A DNA stretch of 64,000 nucleotides, taken from Microthyrium microscopicum (lineage: Eukaryota). Shown piece after piece: positions 12,096 through 24,762 of this stretch. The position numbers and the translations under genes are program-made. The notes beneath the pieces are model-generated. The model was not told where the DNA came from. It searched no databases and worked only from the letters and a program-made list of their open reading frames with translations. Location of the stretch: positions 1,259,481 through 1,323,480 of the forward strand of contig MU004232.1 of assembly GCA_010405405.1 (NCBI GenBank). Reading direction: 5' to 3'. Positions within the stretch are counted from its first letter, which is position 1. Every line of letters begins with the position of its first letter.

Positions 12096-14623
12096 ATTAT
12101 ACTGGAGAAGTCGGATTATGTCGTATAGAGTTCGAATCGCAGTGGTCGTAAGATCTCATAAAGTTCGCACCCTGCCAATAATCTTGAAATAATTTGGTCA
12201 CAAAGTTCTCTCGTGAAGCCAAGAAACAAAATAACTAAAGCTCAGGCTCTGATTCTAAAAGAGAATTGGTCCCGTAAATGTTCTGTGGAAAAACCTGCTG
12301 GTGGGCCATCTCTATTTGAAATTCAGGGGTAAAGAACTTAGCTGGAGAAGTTAACTGCAGGTGCACCGCCACATTCAGGGGTAAAATTATTCCTCCATCT
12401 TTTCATAACAGGTACCTGCCTACATCATTAGTCAAATTTCAGTAAGAAAAGTATATTCGGGTCCATCCAAGCCTTGTTTCAAATTGTAGCAGGAAGAGAA
12501 AGGGCATCCATGTCTTTTCAGGTACGGTCCGCTCCTCAAGGACTGGTCCTTCATCGTGTCATCGACGATGCAAAGCTATATTTCCTAAGCATATTTCCAA
12601 GTGGAGATGATGAACTTTGCCAAGTGCAAAAGTTTGGATACGATTGTTTGACCATTGCTTGAAGTCAACGCGAATCCCCCACGCGGTCACATCGGCATAT
12701 TCGCGTGAACATCGCAACCCGCATGCTGTCGTACTCGCATGATATTCGTTTGTCAGCGACACCTACGTGACCCACGCCATGGGAGTTGGCAAGCACTGTA
12801 TGGGATGTCCCAGCTAAAACCTCGATATTAAATGCGACAGATATCCCAACAGGCCCGATCTGATCCCCTTCTAGAAGTTACATCGCCCCTATGACCATGC
12901 GTACGCAAGGTCCAAGCACAGGCACCTCTTCTGGACGTTTCTAATATATATGTCCAAGCACCCGGTTGACAGACGGAACTCGTAAAACTAAATATTGCTT
13001 CGATCTGTTTACAACATAATACCGCCTTCTGCAGATTACCTGGCCGTGAGGAGATGAAGTAATGAAAATCATACTTTGCTACAATCATCAGGCGCAGCCA
13101 TGTTTCCAATCTCTCACTATAGACCAATTGGGAGTCATATTTTGCACCACTTCCCAATGTAGGTATGCATAAACCTAAGGGCTGGTCTGTACTTTTGATA
13201 TAGGCCGCGGTAGGATCATTAAGTTCAAACCAGTGCTGGGTTGAGCAAGGATTTATCCCTCCAGAAGCTCAACAGCCCGGTCGTGTCCCCGGCCAGAAGA
13301 AACAACGGCAGAGCGTTCAACCGTGAACTATGGTCGGGACTAGTTCTTTTGTATGTAGACAGTCGGCACATCAGAGCCGAGCTGGCAGTCAAGACGTTAG
13401 AGCTTAGAGTATTGTCCACGTATTTGACTGCAGCTGATAAAGACTGCTCAGACGGTGGTGGTATTGAGTTTAGCAAAAGAAATTTCACAAGGTAATCGAC
13501 GACTCACTCTGAGCGCAGCGTAAAGCTTTTGTTATGTTTTGAGCTTGTGAGCTGAGAAGTCAGGTGCGTCTTCAATCAGTTTCCTGCTAGCGCTATCAGG
13601 CCAACATGTACCATTCTTTGCGTCCTATCCCATGTATCATGAAACAGCCTCAAGTAACATCTTTGGGGAGGTATCGAGATTGCGACAGAACATTTTAGCT
13701 ACCCTTGCTTGGCTTAGATGCTAATGAGGGCTTAGGCTGTCCGACTTGTGTTTGTATCCAGCCAGGATATTAATTTGATTCGAGCTATATATTGAATTTT
13801 ACCTCAGGCAATTGAACCTTTCCATCTACAGCCTTGCTCACGACCATGTTTAGGCGCGATCTATCGTTAGAGCCTTTACTTTAGACGCAGGTTTGTATAC
13901 ATCACATTGCAATTACATTGTAGTACTGTATCAAAAAGAATACATTTTGGCATCTTGAACAGGGTTGCATGGTGGTCACGTATTAAATAGGTTTGGTTGT
14001 ACTTTTACTTCTACCCAGGGATATTCCAGAGACTTTGCTTCCATTTCACTGTCAGGTTAATACTGGTAGCAAAACAAATGGCATGGCCTCCTCAACATTG
14101 AGGACTACTTCTACTCACATATAGAGACAATGCGATATTTTCCATCGCATTCGATACATTCTTCAAATTTCAGTCCCCTCTATGGCAAAAATAACACTCG
14201 ATCGACGGTAGAGCCGGATAAGGCACATAATAGCTCATAAGAGTAGCTTGTTGTTCTTACCATTCAATCAGTTGACTGTCAATAACTCAACACCATGAGC
14301 TGTAGCAAAACTTGAATATTAAATTAGAGTTTAGAGAACAGCTTTTGCAGCAACTTGAAAGTAAGAGCTTCCACATTCCCTTTCGGATGATTTTTTTTGT
14401 TTTGCTACTGCTGAACAGTTTTCCGGTCATGGTTTGCGCCCTGCGGCCATGTACTGGTTTGGGCGGCACAGGCAAGTACTTCACTCCAGTAGTAGCCGTG
14501 GATAATTCCGAACAGTACTTCAGTTATTAGCTTTCAAGTTTCTCGTCTCTAATTACCCTATGCGGTATTTCCAAAAGCACATATAACTTTGTCCAGTCGA
14601 TTGCAAATTGAAAACGACCGGTC

Positions 14624-15790
14624 ATGCCTTCTTTACTATCCATCCCGCAGGAAGTTCGCGACCATATTATTGAGCTTGTCATCCTTCATGAACATGACCC
14701 ACCGGCTGAACCTACCTTTGATGATACCACGGGCATGCTATTAGAGCCAGATGTTGACGATATACTCGACCAAGCCAGCCTCAGATACCAGCGCCAACCA
14801 GTGAATGCCAACGCAACCAGCCTTCTCTTGACGAACCGATCACTGCACAACGAGACAAAAGCTATCGTCGCTCGACTTTTCCCAGATGGCATGAGATACA
14901 ACTTGGATGTCATGTATATCAATGACAGTGCACTCTGGCCCACTTGGATCTCCATACCTGCCGTCGCAAATCACCTGGCCAGTATTAATGTAACGTTCCG
15001 GACCTTTAGATACGAGATGTCGGCCCGTGAGAAACAAAGCTATTCAAGTTGGCAGGGTAGTGATGGATGGCCACCACTCATCGTTTTCAGCTTTTATCGT
15101 CTCCTCAAGAACTTCTTGCTTATAGGACCTGCACCACTACGAGACAAAGACCGAAGAAGACGACAATACTCCACAAAGCTCATCCATCTCAATTTTGTGT
15201 CCCCAGAGGCTGAACACGTGAAGTACCAGCGCCGTGCGGCCCCGAAAAGCACAAAACAGCTAGCTTCTCGTCTAAGTGATCGTTTGCAGTCCCTCACCAG
15301 CATGTCTTATCACGAAGCCAACTATGGGGCCTTCATACATGAAAGAATTGGCCGATTCGAATACACGGTGGATGGGGAATACCTTGGTGAACAAGATATC
15401 GGCAGAGTGATTGCTTCTCTGCAGTGGTACAAGCCAGAGCACACATTTGGAGATCTTCCGAGCACATGTCGATTGCCAACTTTCTGGAATTGGAAAGAGC
15501 AAGCCATTTATAAAAGGCGCCGATTCGGCCTTCATACTCCAGCACCTATTGTCTGGCCTGGGTGGGAAGAATTCAGGCACTTGCTCGTAGAAGCAGAAGA
15601 TCACCATAAAGAAATGCGGAGAGAAGGCCGTAGTGCTTTGCAGTGCATGTGTTACGGGAGGACCCTGTGGCGTAAACTGCAGCGTCAACAAGTAGGTGAC
15701 GGTGGGAATGTGAGGCTTCCCGCTCAAACGTCTACAGAGGTGAAGAGCCTCATTGCTGGAGGGGGGATAGAGGAATCTATTGCGACATAA
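14624..15790 (+). CDS. Hypothetical protein with N-terminal fungal F-box-like motif, intronless
   Basis: 388-aa ORF starting MPSLLSIPQEVRDHIIELVI, plus LLLTNRSLHNET and LWPTWISIP motifs typical of fungal F-box-like proteins. Confidence 0.7.
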   Translation: MPSLLSIPQEVRDHIIELVILHEHDPPAEPTFDDTTGMLLEPDVDDILDQASLRYQRQPVNANATSLLLTNRSLHNETKAIVARLFPDGMRYNLDVMYINDSALWPTWISIPAVANHLASINVTFRTFRYEMSAREKQSYSSWQGSDGWPPLIVFSFYRLLKNFLLIGPAPLRDKDRRRRQYSTKLIHLNFVSPEAEHVKYQRRAAPKSTKQLASRLSDRLQSLTSMSYHEANYGAFIHERIGRFEYTVDGEYLGEQDIGRVIASLQWYKPEHTFGDLPSTCRLPTFWNWKEQAIYKRRRFGLHTPAPIVWPGWEEFRHLLVEAEDHHKEMRREGRSALQCMCYGRTLWRKLQRQQVGDGGNVRLPAQTSTEVKSLIAGGGIEESIAT

Positions 15791-16147
15791 AAACACGGAC
15801 CGTATCGTTGATTGAAGAAAATGAGTCATTTTGGAATATTGAAATAGTCAGATCTCTCGCACGACGAATTGATATACTCTGCATTACTCATTTGTGTCAT
15901 TCTGGCTCCCATTGACTGTGAAGTCTGCCATAGCAAGTCTTGAAAAATGCTACCTCGATTCCTATTTCAAGTTTGTGGTATACTTACAAGACAATTAAAA
16001 GGATGAGAGTTGAAAGTCCTTCTCTGTTGAAAGTAGTATAACCAATGTGGTACTTATGAAAGAAGCACTCAAGCAACTCGCTTATGTACAAGCCAGACTC
16101 AAACGGCTCACTTATTCTGTCCGTCGAGAGCCAGAGAGGCAGCGTTC

Positions 16148-16530
16148 TTATTGTTGATCCATCGCCGACATAAGGGGCTATGGTAAGGACGTATCGAACT
16201 ATTACACTGGGGGATCAACGAGTTTGATAGAAATGCTAGCTAAGAGGGCTGCCGTGAGAGTGACTGAGCGTGTTCGAGCTATTTACACATAGGCCTATCA
16301 AGCGTAACTGTGGGCCGGATCGCGCGTTATGACTCGAAAGTATAATTTTCGGAGTGAGCGGTAGGCTGTGCTGGAAGTCCCAGCATCATATAGCTAAGCT
16401 ACCAATGGCGAGACAGAGTCAACCCCACCATAATAGGGCTACATTATGCGTTGCTCGTAATGATATTGGCTTTGGACGCGTACGCGTAGTTTCACCAGGG
16501 CTGAGATCCGCACTGTTGACCTGGTGATGG
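16148..16530 (+). ncRNA. Candidate structured non-coding RNA (unidentified)
   Basis: Seven consecutive non-overlapping stems of 5-10 bp with G-U pairs on the + strand; no ORF or family motif recognised. Confidence 0.3.
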
Positions 16531-16788
16531 GGACATGTTGACTGTTTTGGTTGGCCACTCGTATCGGAGGAGTAATCGGTTGTTTCACAACTGATGTAAT
16601 GACGATGAGATTCAAGTCAAGTAGCGCAAGTGATACAGTAAGTGTGTTGGACCAGGAACCCGTTTTGTGTTATCTTGAAGTAGCTCCCCAAGCGCATGCT
16701 CGTGAGAGCAAAATCAAACTAATCCGTCTAGGTAACACTCCTATCTAAGTCTGGCTGTAAGCGACAATGATTGTTGCAGAGGTTGTGC

Positions 16789-17556
16789 TTATCCTTCAGT
16801 AGTCCACTCCAGGTTCATTCGTCCCTTGGAATTGACATAATCTCTCAAGCTCTTAATGACCTCCTCTGCTTCCTTAGCCTCAACTAGAATCTTGCCATTC
16901 GGCTCACTGATGAACCCCGCCGACACTGCGCCACGCACCCACTGTAGGAGTCCGTCATAATATCCGTTGATGTTGAACACGACTATGCCGACATTGTGAA
17001 TACCCAATTGATTCCAAGTTGTCACTTCCATCAATTCCTCGAGCGTTCCGTATCCGCCTGTTAAAGCCACGAAGCCACTGCCTTTGCCGCCTGCGATGAC
17101 ATGCCGTGCCATGAGTTGTTTGCGGGTATGCATGGAGTTGACGATGATAGTTTGGCCGTATTTTTCTGCCTCAGGTACACTGCCAGACTGCTCAAAAGCT
17201 ACGAGTGCTGCGGGGATGATGCCGATGACTGATGAGGGACCGGATAGCTTGACAAGTGAACGAGCCAATTCGCCCATGATTCCCGTTGTGCCGCCTCCGT
17301 AAACAAGGGTGATATTGGATTCGTGAAATGCGGTAGCTAGGGCGCGAGCGGCGGCCATGTGAGAAGGAGCAGTGCCTGACGAAGCCCCGCAGCTGATGAA
17401 AGGTTAGCCATAGCACTTGACTACTGAAACTAAAGCGCTAAAGACACAGTTGGTGAGCCAAGATGTTACTTACAAAACGCACACAACAGGTGAGTCATTC
17501 TTCGGTACTTCAACAATACTCGCGTTAGTGATGACATCGTTGGGCTGGTTGTCCAT
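16789..17556 (-). CDS. LOG: LOG family cytokinin riboside 5'-monophosphate phosphoribohydrolase (lysine-decarboxylase-like); intron 17473-17393
   Basis: VCVFCGASSG, LVYGGGTTGIMG, MHTRKQLM and TGGYGTLEELMEVTTWNQLGIH motifs. Confidence 0.9.
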
Positions 17557-18525
17557 GGTCGCGGCGTTGAAATGAACAGTGAGATGAGATTTTGAAGATT
17601 TCGTTGCTGCCCGCAGGAAGAGGTGAATTTAAGAAAAGTTTGGAGCGTTTGTTGGAAGGCGATAGATAAGACTCAATTGTCTCCAGCCTTGACGCCTTGT
17701 GTGTTGACAGCTCACCATTCAATGTTGACTCACGAAGTCGGTGAGGTGCCACATGCACGTCGAGCTGCGGAGATACGCGGCTATAAGCGGTTCTTTCTGG
17801 AGTCTATTATGCCTCGCAAACAACTAAGTTTTGCGCGTTATCTGGTGGCAGCTTTTGGGATAGAACATGCGTGTTACAACGTACAAGTCTATCAGCGCAG
17901 GTTTTTCAAACCATGGAGACTTGGCCCTTGGCTTTCAGCCATTAAAGCCAAATTCAAGTTGACGGATATTGACATCAGAGAGATACGATTACTAGTTTGC
18001 TAATCGAACGGTTTTATCATTTTCATCGCGTGAGCAGCGACACTACGAGGAGCTGTACTAATGTGGTCATACTGCTAGAAGTTTCATGGCGGACTATAAG
18101 CGCGTGACGAAGGTATGGCTGCAGCAAAATCGTACAAGTCTGCTTTGATTATAGCTTGGTGGGCATCGGAAATTCAGGCCTGCTGAAATAAGCGCCAGAC
18201 AGAACGATATAGTAGTTGGGCTAATTCAATGGTCGAGGTAACGATGAGATGAAGTTGTCAAGAGAAGCGTAATGCGGGAAGGAATAGGCGAGGCTTGGCA
18301 GGGCAAGCGCGGGCCTTCCAATTTTTATCTAATTTTGATCTAATCAGTGATCATCAACCCTGTCCACAACATGCACTCCGCAGCAACAAAGCCTGTCGAA
18401 AATTTCAAACCACAACACACAACAGAAAACAACCTGCTGACACTAAAAGCTTCGTCAATAATACAAGAGATTACTCTCTGCCGGTATCCAATCTGCTCAT
18501 AGGTTGCATCCAAGGTATCCCCACC

Positions 18526-19787
18526 ATGGCCAAGCTATCCAAAGCCAAGACGTCACGGTCTAATGATCGTGACGACGACATGTCAGAGCCTTATTCAGAC
18601 GAGCTCAACGTCTCATCTCCGGAAGTGCTAGAAATGGATGAGGAAGGCGAAGTTGTGAGAAACTCCGACTGGCCAGAGAAGAAGAAGAAAAAGAGCCGCA
18701 AGAGTCTTTCACAGGAGATGGCTGATCTCGATGAAACTATCGATGAAGTTGATCAAGAAGACGAAGAAGAAGAGGAGGAGGAGGAGGAGGAAGATGCTGA
18801 AAACGAAGTATGTGCATAAGTCTTTCATTTGTTTCAGCAAATACTGACCCGTTACAGAGCGACGCAAGTGCCGGCTTTGAGGATGAAGCTGACTGGGAGA
18901 GTGAAGACGATGCTGCTGTGGATCCCGAGGACTCTGTTAAGCGCAAGCTGAGCACTGTCTCGTTTGGCGTACTAGCTAAGGCCCAGGATTCCATGCCGCC
19001 TCAGAGCAAGAAGCGCAAGCTAGCCGATGTAGACTTTGAGACTGAAGAAAAACTGGGCGCTCTCAAAAAGCGATTGAAGCAGTTACAAGAAGAGAAACAA
19101 CTGAAAGCTCCACCGCCAAAATCTACCAACAAGCCTCGGAAAAGTGAAGACGAATCAGATTCTTCAGACCAGAATTCCGATCAAGACTCAGCGAACGGCC
19201 AATCCAAAGGTCGATCATCAAAGCACGCGCCAACTTCACTTTCTACAAAGAAAGCAGTGTCACGAAAACGGGATGTCGTGGAAGTTCGCAATCCAAGATT
19301 ACGCGACCCTCGCTTTGACCCAACAGCTGGACCAGTTGATCGCGAGAAGATTCGCAAGAACTACTCTTTCCTGGATGGTTACGTGGACTCTGAGATCAAG
19401 GATCTCAAAACGACGCTCAAGAACGCGAAACCTCCTGCTAAAGGTGCAAAGAAACCAAAAGGCAAGCCTGGGTTGAAGCTCACTGAAGAGGATATTGCTG
19501 CTATCAAGAAGGAATTGGTGCAGAAGGAATCAAAGAAGGCGTCTCAGGAAGCACAAGACAAACGGATGGATGTTGTGCGTGAGCATAAGAAGAAAGAGAA
19601 AGAGCTCGTAAGGCAAGGAAAGAAACCCTTCTTCCTCAAGAACAGTGATGTCAAGAAGCAGGTGCTTGTCAAACGATTCGAAGGCTTGAGTGAGGGCAAA
19701 CGAGACAAGGTCATCGAGAAAAAACGAAAGCGAATTGCGTCCAAGGAGAGAAAAGACATGCCTACGTCCAGACGAATCTCAGAGTAA
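18526..19787 (+). CDS. RRP36: rRNA biogenesis protein Rrp36 (DUF947); intron 18808-18857
   Basis: VSFGVLAKAQ, SSKHAPTSLSTKKAVSRKR, RDPRFD, NYSFL and KEKELVRQGKKPFFLK motifs. Confidence 0.9.
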
Positions 19788-20762
19788 ATACTACGGAACG
19801 AATGAAGCACATGAATAGTTCAAAAATGATAAATCCTTTTTTGGCGGCCTGCCATTTCAGCTCTTCGAGTTCATACGAGCATAATTACAAGTCATTTCGG
19901 CTTCCTCAAGGCTGCATATTACGTGGTACGCCCAATAGGGTCTAGCACCCACTTCGAGGTTGCAACAGCCAGCGGTTCTTTCGGGCCAAAGTACCGAAGG
20001 CGTTTCCAGGAGGAGAGGACTCCGAAAGCAATAATATGAGCCTTCTGATATTGGTACGTGCTCAAGTAGTGATCGCCGTCAGGGGCTTTGTTAAGCAATA
20101 CCAGAAGTACTGAAATCGAACCAAGTCCGGAAGACTCCCTGCGGCGTAGACGTACCTGGCTAGCTACATTAATACAAGCCAGAACCAATATAGTCGTGTT
20201 CCAGAAGCCCAATGAGAATGAAAACACTCAAATTGAATGCCTGAAGCAATCTTGGAAAGTAAGTACTAGGTATACATGTCCCTGCACTAATTATCGTCCC
20301 CACAGTGAAAGTTTCGATCCTACGGTCAAATTCAGCAGTTCATTGCTGGTGTTTGAAGGTGCCGTACAAGCTCTAAGTTAGCCCACGCTTGACGTATTGA
20401 AGATTTTTCTTTCTAACCATAAATTTTGTACCACGCGGTGTAATACGAATCAATACGTTTAGCCGTCACAAGCGATATCGAGTTTCCAGGTTTACAGTTT
20501 AGGATCATCTGTTTTCTGTGCTATTATCGGCACATAATGCGACGAGGATCTCCGACCACTCAAATATATACAACCCGTTAAATTCGAGCGGGTGGATGCG
20601 CAATAGCGAGGTCCATTTTATGACAGCCCTAGGATGTCAAAGGCCAAAGTTATATCTGGCTCTATACGCTATTGATATCCAGTAACGTAGAACGACTATT
20701 CGCTATCCTAACTGCCTCCGCTCCTGTTGACTCTGGAGACAGGGCGACATAAGATCTCCAAC

Positions 20763-21577
20763 ATGAAGGTCTCTGGTCTGGTCTTGCTAAGTCTAGCCAC
20801 AGCAGCATCTGCTCAATGGCCCAATTGGGACTGGAGTAATTGGGGCCGTCCTAAATCCAGCGGTGCTCCTAATGCTACTCCTACGCGGCAAGAACCGAAA
20901 ACAACGAAGTCAATTGCGACTCCAGATCTCAGCCATTCCATCGCCAGTCCTCCAGCCATACATACAACGTCAAAGCAACAGTCTTCCAGAACAACCAAGA
21001 CCATTATCAATACGCCGCCCACGGCTGCCATAACGTCGATTCTTCCATCACCGAAAAGCTCTCAATCCCCTCAGACCCCTTTCACACAAACCTTCACTAC
21101 GCAGACCAGGAGTACCCAGACCCATATAACATCTCAAGCACCAAAGACGACACAGTCCCATGCAGAGCCTGCTGACAAAGAGTCTCCAACTCGGACATTT
21201 GGCAGCAAACAGTCAGAAGTGCCAAAAGTGCCAACGTTGTCAGGAGTTCCACCCTGGTTCGTACTGTTATCACACCGTGATACCTATATCTCTAATAGCC
21301 TATTCTAGCGCGAGAGAGTGCTTTGCGCCAGCTCTGAAGCCGTACTTTGGTACATGTGGAATAAGTACGTAAATGCGCGATGATAGACGTACCAAATGCT
21401 AACAACGAAAATCTAGAAATCAAGTGCTTCTGCGAGAAACAAGAGCTCACTGTTCAGATCAAGGAGTGCATTCCCAATAACTGCGAGAAATCAGACCAAG
21501 CACTTGTGTATTCGCTATTCAACAAAATGTGCAAAGGCTCGAATGGATTCCAACCCATAGTGCCTCCACCTGCATAA
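20763..21577 (+). CDS. Secreted Ser/Thr/Pro-rich protein with C-terminal CFEM domain; introns ~21257-21308 and ~21365-21416
   Basis: Signal peptide MKVSGLVLLSLATAASA; spliced C-terminus VPPCARECF...TCGIKIKCFCEK...KECIPNNCEK...KMCKG shows 8-Cys CFEM spacing. Confidence 0.75.
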
Positions 21578-22278
21578 GAAGAGATCGACCAAAATAGAAA
21601 GCATTTCAATATCTAATTCAATCATCTGCAACAATAATTCCCAATGTCTTTCATACAACTGACTATTTTTAAAACTTATGTAGGTAATGTACAAAACTCC
21701 GGAAAGCACCATCTTGTACGCCAGCCAACATGTCAATCGAAACTCCTTGGTCACTTGACTCCCATCACTCAACCTGAGATAAGAAACTGCTGCTGTTCCA
21801 AACTTGTAATGTATACAGCGTTCATGGATCACATTTATCAATCCGCCCAGACTATTCGAAGTATCCGTGGCTTCCCAGCCTTATCGCGCGAGCTAGCCTG
21901 GACCAAGCACAAAGTCTGGTCTAGACATTGCTGCGTTTCAAATCCAGTGATTCCTTCTCTTCAGGCTCTTCAGCCAGATGCGAAGCATCGTACTCAGTAT
22001 ATGGCGGTGGGGCTCTCTTCGCATCTCGCGTCTTGTCCCACTGCTCGAGCTGTGACTTGGGAACTAGTCTTAACCCCAATGCGAAGTGATGGCACAAGCT
22101 AAGTGTCGTTAGTATACACAGCTTTACACAAAAGCGAGGGCAAACACTTACACCATAAACGCACTGCAAGACATTAAGATAATCGTTGTCTGCACATACT
22201 CGTCCAGAGCAAGATTTTGGCGAAAGTCAATGTCCCAGTCTGGTCCCTCGTGCTGGATGCGGCGGAACTCGTAAGCGT

Positions 22279-22608
22279 TTAGTGCAACACTGACGACCCA
22301 GAGGACCCAGGGGATGGCGTCGAGCCAGATGGGAGAGAATCGTGATTGTTTGGGTAGAAAGAGGGTGAGTGGGACGATGAGATCGTAGGCTCCCTAGAAG
22401 ATTCGGTTAGAACACGAGACATCATATAATAGCGTGTAATACTGACTGCAAACACTGTGAGAGCTGTGATGTTGATCTTGAGAAATTGGCTGATGTTTGG
22501 ATCTGGCATTCGACTTGCCGCCACGGTCATTAGAATCACACCGCCCAAGCAGTATGTTGCTGTAAGGCTGGAGACCATGGCATGGTGGATTCGAGCGAAT
22601 AATCCCAT
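22279..22608 (-). CDS. Possible small two-TM hypothetical protein
   Basis: ATG ORF with two hydrophobic stretches and a Ser-rich tail; no recognisable family. Confidence 0.25.
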   Translation of the reverse strand: MGLFARIHHAMVSSLTATYCLGGVILMTVAASRMPDPNISQFLKINITALTVFAVSITRYYMMSRVLTESSREPTISSSHSPSFYPNNHDSLPSGSTPSPGSSGSSVLH

Positions 22609-23324
22609 TTTTTCAAGCTTTGTGTATGTTTTCTGGGTGTATTTGGCAATCGACTTCTTCAATCAATATCGAAGATTAGATAAAATAGAATGTTATCTTT
22701 CAATTCTGGGTGAAAGACGTATTTAGGATTTCACCAAGCGATTATATGGAAGAAACTGCATTAGGGCAGTCCTTCTGACTCTGTGGAGGTTTGAAGTTGG
22801 CAACTTTTGCTGGATAAACACATGAGGTAGCTCTCTCAATTATTTGTGTATCGCCACAATGCATGATATATGACGTTGAACAGGCTCTATCTATATATGA
22901 TCACAGTAGAACCCTACAGGTTGTGTTATTTTGAGTTCATGATTTGCAGATATTTACAAGCTTTTGAATAGTGGATGAGCGCTGTACTGAGATATTTTGT
23001 ATGGCCGTGATGGTGTTGGAGGGTTTCAGGGATTGGACGGTGCCCTATCTATTCGCAACTTTCTGAGCCCGAATTGATTACGTAGGTCAGGCAACTTGTG
23101 GGATGATTTTGTTTAATCTATTTGAGGGTAACTAGTCAGTAAGCAACATGTGTGGCTGCAGTTTGTCCATTGCATGTTTACAAAACAGGATTGCGTGGCT
23201 GGAGAGTCACGACTCACACAGACGGTAGGTAACGGGTTGCACTCGTACAGGACAATTCAAAGAATAGACTGGCCATAAATTCCAAAGTTTGATTGGTTAG
23301 ATGTTGCTGACGCAAGATTCAGTC

Positions 23325-24762
23325 CTAATTCATATCCAAATCGAAGTCCCTAGGATCCTCAGGGAGAGCTTCATTGTCATCTTGGTCGCTTTGATCTTTC
23401 CTACCATCTCTTTGCTTATGTTCATCCTCAGTCTTAGACCCATCAGTCGGCCTGGGAAGGTCAACTTGCTCACTAACTTCATAGAAGTCTTCCAGCTCTT
23501 CGCTAATCGTCTTGAGCTTTTCTTTGACGCTTGCAATACCTTCGAAGCCAACGATGAGTCGAGCGGGTGGATTTTCATGGCCACCTACGGATGCAAGTGC
23601 AAATACAGTCTCGAGTACTAATCGACTTTCTACTTCTGACGGCAGTGATGGGTAGAGCGATGTGATTTTGTTCGAATGCAATTGTTGACTGTAGTTATTG
23701 TCTTCATTCGATACCGTGTCGAGAACCCGTGAGAATATCTCTCTCGCAAGTGGAGCATGATTCTCATCGGGAGTGTATTCGGCCATTGGTGGTACTGCAG
23801 TCAGCTTGTTTGTGAAGACACCAATCTCCATGTTTGGTTGCACGATTGTTAGCTTGATGTTGAAAGGTGCAATCTCATAGGCTAAGCTCTACAGTAATGT
23901 CAGAGACACGGTCATGAAATGATTATTACTCAGATACTCACGTCACAATAGCCTTCTAGTGCCCATTGGGAAGCGCAATGCATACCAAGCCCAGGAGTTC
24001 CAAGGTGCGCAGCTGTCATGATGTTAGATAGGCATAGCACTGGCGCGGAGACCTTACTAATCCCAGTGAGAACGACGATGTGCCCATTTTCTCTTTCTCG
24101 CATTACCGGCAAAACAGCCTTAATGATACCAACAGTGGCGAAAAAATTGACTTCAAAAAGATCTTCAATCAACGATCGGGTTCGGACCGTTGCAGTGAGC
24201 TCTTCGATTGTCCCAATTAGAGCTGCTAATCTTAGCGATCAAGATGGATGGAATGTTGGGCAAGGAATTGTACCTTCACTTCGACAAAGAAGCAACACAT
24301 CTATATGCCCAAAAATGCCAACTGCTTCTGCAATTGCTGCTTGCATTTGCCCAACGCGCCTGGATGCTGATTAGATCACATCGCGCGCATAACATATTTG
24401 CAATTAAACAGAAGACAGCAAGGAGCAGCTTACTTGCCATCCAAGTCAAGACTTTTCAATCTATCTCTTCTAGTCTTCTCAATGCCGGATGGCTCAGCAC
24501 TTTCTCGTGGTTGAGCATCAGCAGCGAGTTCATCTTCCAGGTTTCTGAAGGCCTCGCCTCTTGTTCCAGCATATTCTTCCGGGAGTACTCCTGCTATCAC
24601 AAAGTCTCCGTGCTCAAGGAGCCGGCGCGTGAGAGCAAGTGCAACAGGCGATAAGCCATCCGTCAACAACCAGACGCGCGGGTCTCTGGAGGCTGGAAAG
24701 TCTGGTCCTCGTGTAAAAGACGGCGGCGCATTGTCCGTGGGCGAAGGTGGATCTTGGCTCAT
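23325..24762 (-). CDS. Short-chain dehydrogenase/reductase-like protein with degenerate catalytic motifs; 5 exons
   Basis: RVWLLTDGLSPVALAL, FGHIDVLL, LFEVNFF, HCASQWALEGYCD, EIAPFNIKLTIVQP and NPPARLIVG; introns near 24433, 24275, 24050 and 23940. Confidence 0.85.

Noticed and set aside
12322..12386. 13-bp direct repeat ATTCAGGGGTAAA (two copies)
   Set aside because: Only two copies, downstream of a gene, with no associated element
13201..13225. GCGGTAGGATCATTA resembling the 18S rRNA 3' end / ITS1 boundary
   Set aside because: Only about 15 nt similar, and the flanks do not match rDNA; likely chance
16006..16445. RNase MRP/P-like motifs (GAAAGTCC, GGGGCTA, GCCAGAGAGGC)
   Set aside because: Order, spacing and P4 pairing do not fit the conserved CR-I/P8/CR-V layout; left as unidentified structure
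17030..17070. LOG motif TGGYGT instead of PGGxGT
   Set aside because: The catalytic Arg and Glu motifs are intact, and to my knowledge this position varies among fungal LOGs
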